Assembly (NCBI GenBank): GCA_040954595.2
Contig: CM082592.2
Span: 3,736,735-3,800,734 of the forward strand
From: Balanoglossus misakiensis
Lineage: Eukaryota; Animalia; Hemichordata
Length of the DNA: 64,000 nucleotides
Reading direction: 5' to 3'
Shown here in pieces: positions 60,958 through 64,000 of the stretch. The notes below the pieces were generated by a model, which made no database searches, had not been told where the DNA came from, and worked only from the letters and a program-made list of their open reading frames with translations. The first letter of the stretch is position 1; every line of letters begins with the position of its first letter. The translations under genes were made by a program, and so were the position numbers.

Positions 60958-63259
60958 CTGGCTGACCCACTTGACTTTGTACTATATGTTCTCTCGCATC
61001 CTTAAACCTGTGGCTGTTTTTCATCGCACGTCATTTCTCCTATACATGTACAGGTAACGCCGTGTGTTACTCAGATGAGACTACGTACTTGGACAACTGC
61101 GGTCATGGCTGTTTAAATGGAGGGACCTGTCAAGTCATTCCCGATGATCCCGAATACAATTCCTGCACTTGTCCCGATGGGTTTACCGGACAGTATTGTG
61201 ATATAGGTTGGTTTTTGCCATTATCGCTAGGGAGATATTAATGTACACCTTACAAGTACTGGATATTAGAAAAGGGAAAGTTGTTAACTCTCGACCACTT
61301 TACATTGGATGTTGTTTATTTATTCCAAACAACTGTATACATGACTAAGTCGTGAACAAGGCCTGAGTTATGACTGAAAACTAACTAGTACAGCACTTGC
61401 CAGTGAAATGATTCAATTGAGCTTCAAGCTGGCAGAGTAGTTATACAGCGATGGATGAAAGGAAGGGAAATATTATGGGCTTCATGTTAAATATGGGAGA
61501 ATTCAGGGTGTCTCACATATAGTGTGTTTTTGTTTCTCTCCGTTACACAGAGGTGATACGGTGCAGTGATGAAACAGATTGTCAGAATGGAGGCCAGTGT
61601 AACATTGAAAGCGACCCATCTTCCAACTACTGTGATTGTCCAAGTGGATTTACTGGCAGGCTATGCGAAACGGGTGAGAATTTGACAACGAAAAGAAAAC
61701 ATTGACTCTTGGCCGGACATTTGGCTGTGTCGCGTTTGCAAAATTATATTTCTTTACTGTAGTTCTCGTATACTTACAATATATATAGATAATCCCCTTT
61801 GCACTCGATTAGAGAAATTGCATACATGTATCAGGACGTCTTCACTAATTGTCCCGAGGATCTAGAGTTTCAACATCACCAGTTATAGCATATTTGCATC
61901 CCCAGATACCATTTATAAATGTGAAAATTTAGTGTTTTACTGAAAGCTATTATGTGAACGTTTTACCTAAAGTGGGTGCTCCCCATTTCAATTTTGTGAT
62001 ATCGCTTTACAGACATGCGCTGTTCAGACAGCAACCCTTGCCTCAACGGCGGAACCTGTGAGAATGAAGACTGTGTCTGTCCCCCTGGTGTGAGTGGCTA
62101 TCTCTGTGACACTGGTGAGATGTCTCTAAATATGTTCATGTGAAATCAACGAATTTGATGAGAGTTTTATCATCTTACTGTCGGTATTTACCATTACAGT
62201 TGTGCGCACAATGCACGTAATAGGGGTAATATTGAATAGAGAAGAGGCGACCCCATAAAACTATTTTACTCCCCCTTGACCCCAAATTATAGTTTAGTCA
62301 TGTGGTCCTATGCTTAACGTAGACTTCGAAACATAAGTCAAGGCATCAAAACTTTCGTCATTTTCTCAAAGAAGAGGAACGTCCACTTATTAATGAAAAT
62401 AAAATTTGAAATAGGAATACCTAGGCAAACGGCGAAATATTTCGTTTAGTGCATCGTTAAATTAAAGAGACGTTATCTACGGCATACACTATGTACATGT
62501 ATACATGTAATCAAGATGATGTCTGTTTGTGAAATCTCATATCTGTTCCCGTGGGTCTATCCTGTAGTGTACGCTGAATGTGGTTGTCATCCAGACATAG
62601 ATTGTCCATCTGAAACCTCTTGTCCATGCTGTCTGGTTGGAGAACTGTGCGAAGCGGAAGAGGAACCAACTGAAGGTGAGCCTATCACTGGATTATTTGA
62701 TTGATTGATTTACTATTTATTCATTTATTAATTTATTCATTCTCATTTTTGATTATTGTCATTATTTCATTTCGATTCAACTCATATACTGAATGTAAGA
62801 CCGGTGTTGATGTCAAATGGGGTCAGTTGTCGCATGGACGTACGGCAGAGGGAACGTCCGTGGTTGTAATATTACATGCCTACATACGGCATCGCAGTAT
62901 CTGCATTGTGTTAGGGGCCTTTATATAGGTTTTAGCCACAACCTATAACGAATACGTAGAATTTCCACTTCGTAACAATAGCAGTAAACAATGATCCGAT
63001 AACGTTACTGAAATCTGGATGTGCGAAATGTGTGAGTCATGAAAACTTCACCAAGAGAGGGCAAATTTTTCACTTGTCCGCCCAACTAGTGAAACATATA
63101 GTACGCAAACACGAAAATTTATAAATTACGTAATTATTAATCATCTCTTTTCATTTTATTTCATTTACAGATGGCGGCAGCAGCAGTGCGGCGTTTACAT
63201 TTTCGTCAAAACTTGGACTCCTGTTGACGATAACGCTTGGAATTTGCATGAAGTACTAG
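57711..63259 (+). CDS. EGF-repeat cell-surface protein, probably GPI-anchored; 10 exons, ~383 aa
   Basis: Exons 57711-57777 (signal peptide), 59195-59347, 59701-59817, 60322-60423, 60659-60796, 61054-61206, 61551-61673, 62013-62114, 62568-62675 and 63171-63259 (GGSSS plus hydrophobic tail). All introns are GT-AG and phase 1; C.NGG.C...C.CP.GFTG..C motifs. Confidence 0.9.
60810..60956. repeat. Compound (TGGT)n(GACT)n(GATT)n microsatellite in an EGF-gene intron
   Basis: Read directly from the sequence. Confidence 0.9.
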
Positions 63260-64000
63260 AGAAGTCGGGTGTACTATGTTTCAATAATGAAAACTGTCTA
63301 GCCAAACCATTATTTTTGTACGTGCAGGCAAAGGAGAGTTTCTTAATCTCGAACATATCTAAGTATATCTATATCTCTAAAGGGGGATGTGCGATCCCAT
63401 AATAGACATATTCATATTGTCAAAAAAGAGCAACGTGTAATTGTTGCAATTGAAGGTGAATCATTGCAAACTAAGCGTTTATTCCTTTATTTCACATTGT
63501 GCATCATCTCAATGTCTCGACACTTTTTATCAAAATCCCAGGTTACTTTGATATACATGTACCATGCATTACATCTCGGGTATATAGGGCCATGGGAAAC
63601 ACAACTAATAAAGGGTTTGTAAACCCCTCTTCATAAATTCTGAACTTGGCTAATGTCAAACCAAGTTCAATTGATATGAAGAGCCCATGTTTACCTCTGT
63701 TGTTCCACATTATGTCTGATATTGGAGAATATACGGCCCCCTAATAAAAACATAGTACAATGTAATTGTTTTATGACTATAATAAAAATTCCATGTTTAT
63801 TTCAAGTCAGTAATAACATATTTTTTTTATTAAAAGCATGAAATAAAATCTACAAGTATGAAAGGAAAAATATACTAATTAAAGTCGCCGTAGTGATACG
63901 AAGGGAAAAGGAAGAACATGTTCAGAAGTCTGTCTCTTTCTGATATGATCCCCACGCGTCAGAAATTGTCACCTGAGAACGAATGTGACATAACAATTAT

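Overview
Metazoan genomic DNA, probably a marine invertebrate (inferred from gene content, not provable here), in two parts. (1) Positions 1-~19,440 are a gene-dense block of about 20 ORFs with eukaryotic poly(A) signals and a few spliceosomal introns. It looks like the right-hand part of an endogenous herpesvirus-like (Duplodnaviria) genome. The hallmark is a terminase ATPase exon 1 (Walker A VPRRSGK) ending in a GTAAGT donor at the position equivalent to the HSV-1 UL15 intron. The block also carries a UL49/ORF66-like protein with four cysteine pairs, TATT-type boxes before many ORFs, a three-finger A20/TNFAIP3 ZnF7 mimic, an ESCRT-III-like ORF, a SLATT-like 2TM protein, two spliced paralogues of an unknown family and a 135-bp tandem array. 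(2) Positions ~19,440-64,000 are gene-sparse, microsatellite-rich host DNA. They contain three exons of a GAS2-like gene whose remaining exons seem to lie beyond the viral block, a glycine N-acyltransferase-like GNAT gene, a young MITE with a 9-bp TSD, a Golgi sulfotransferase and a 10-exon GPI-type EGF-repeat gene with a duplicated four-exon cassette. All homology calls come from motif recognition by eye and remembered reference sequences; no searches were run.
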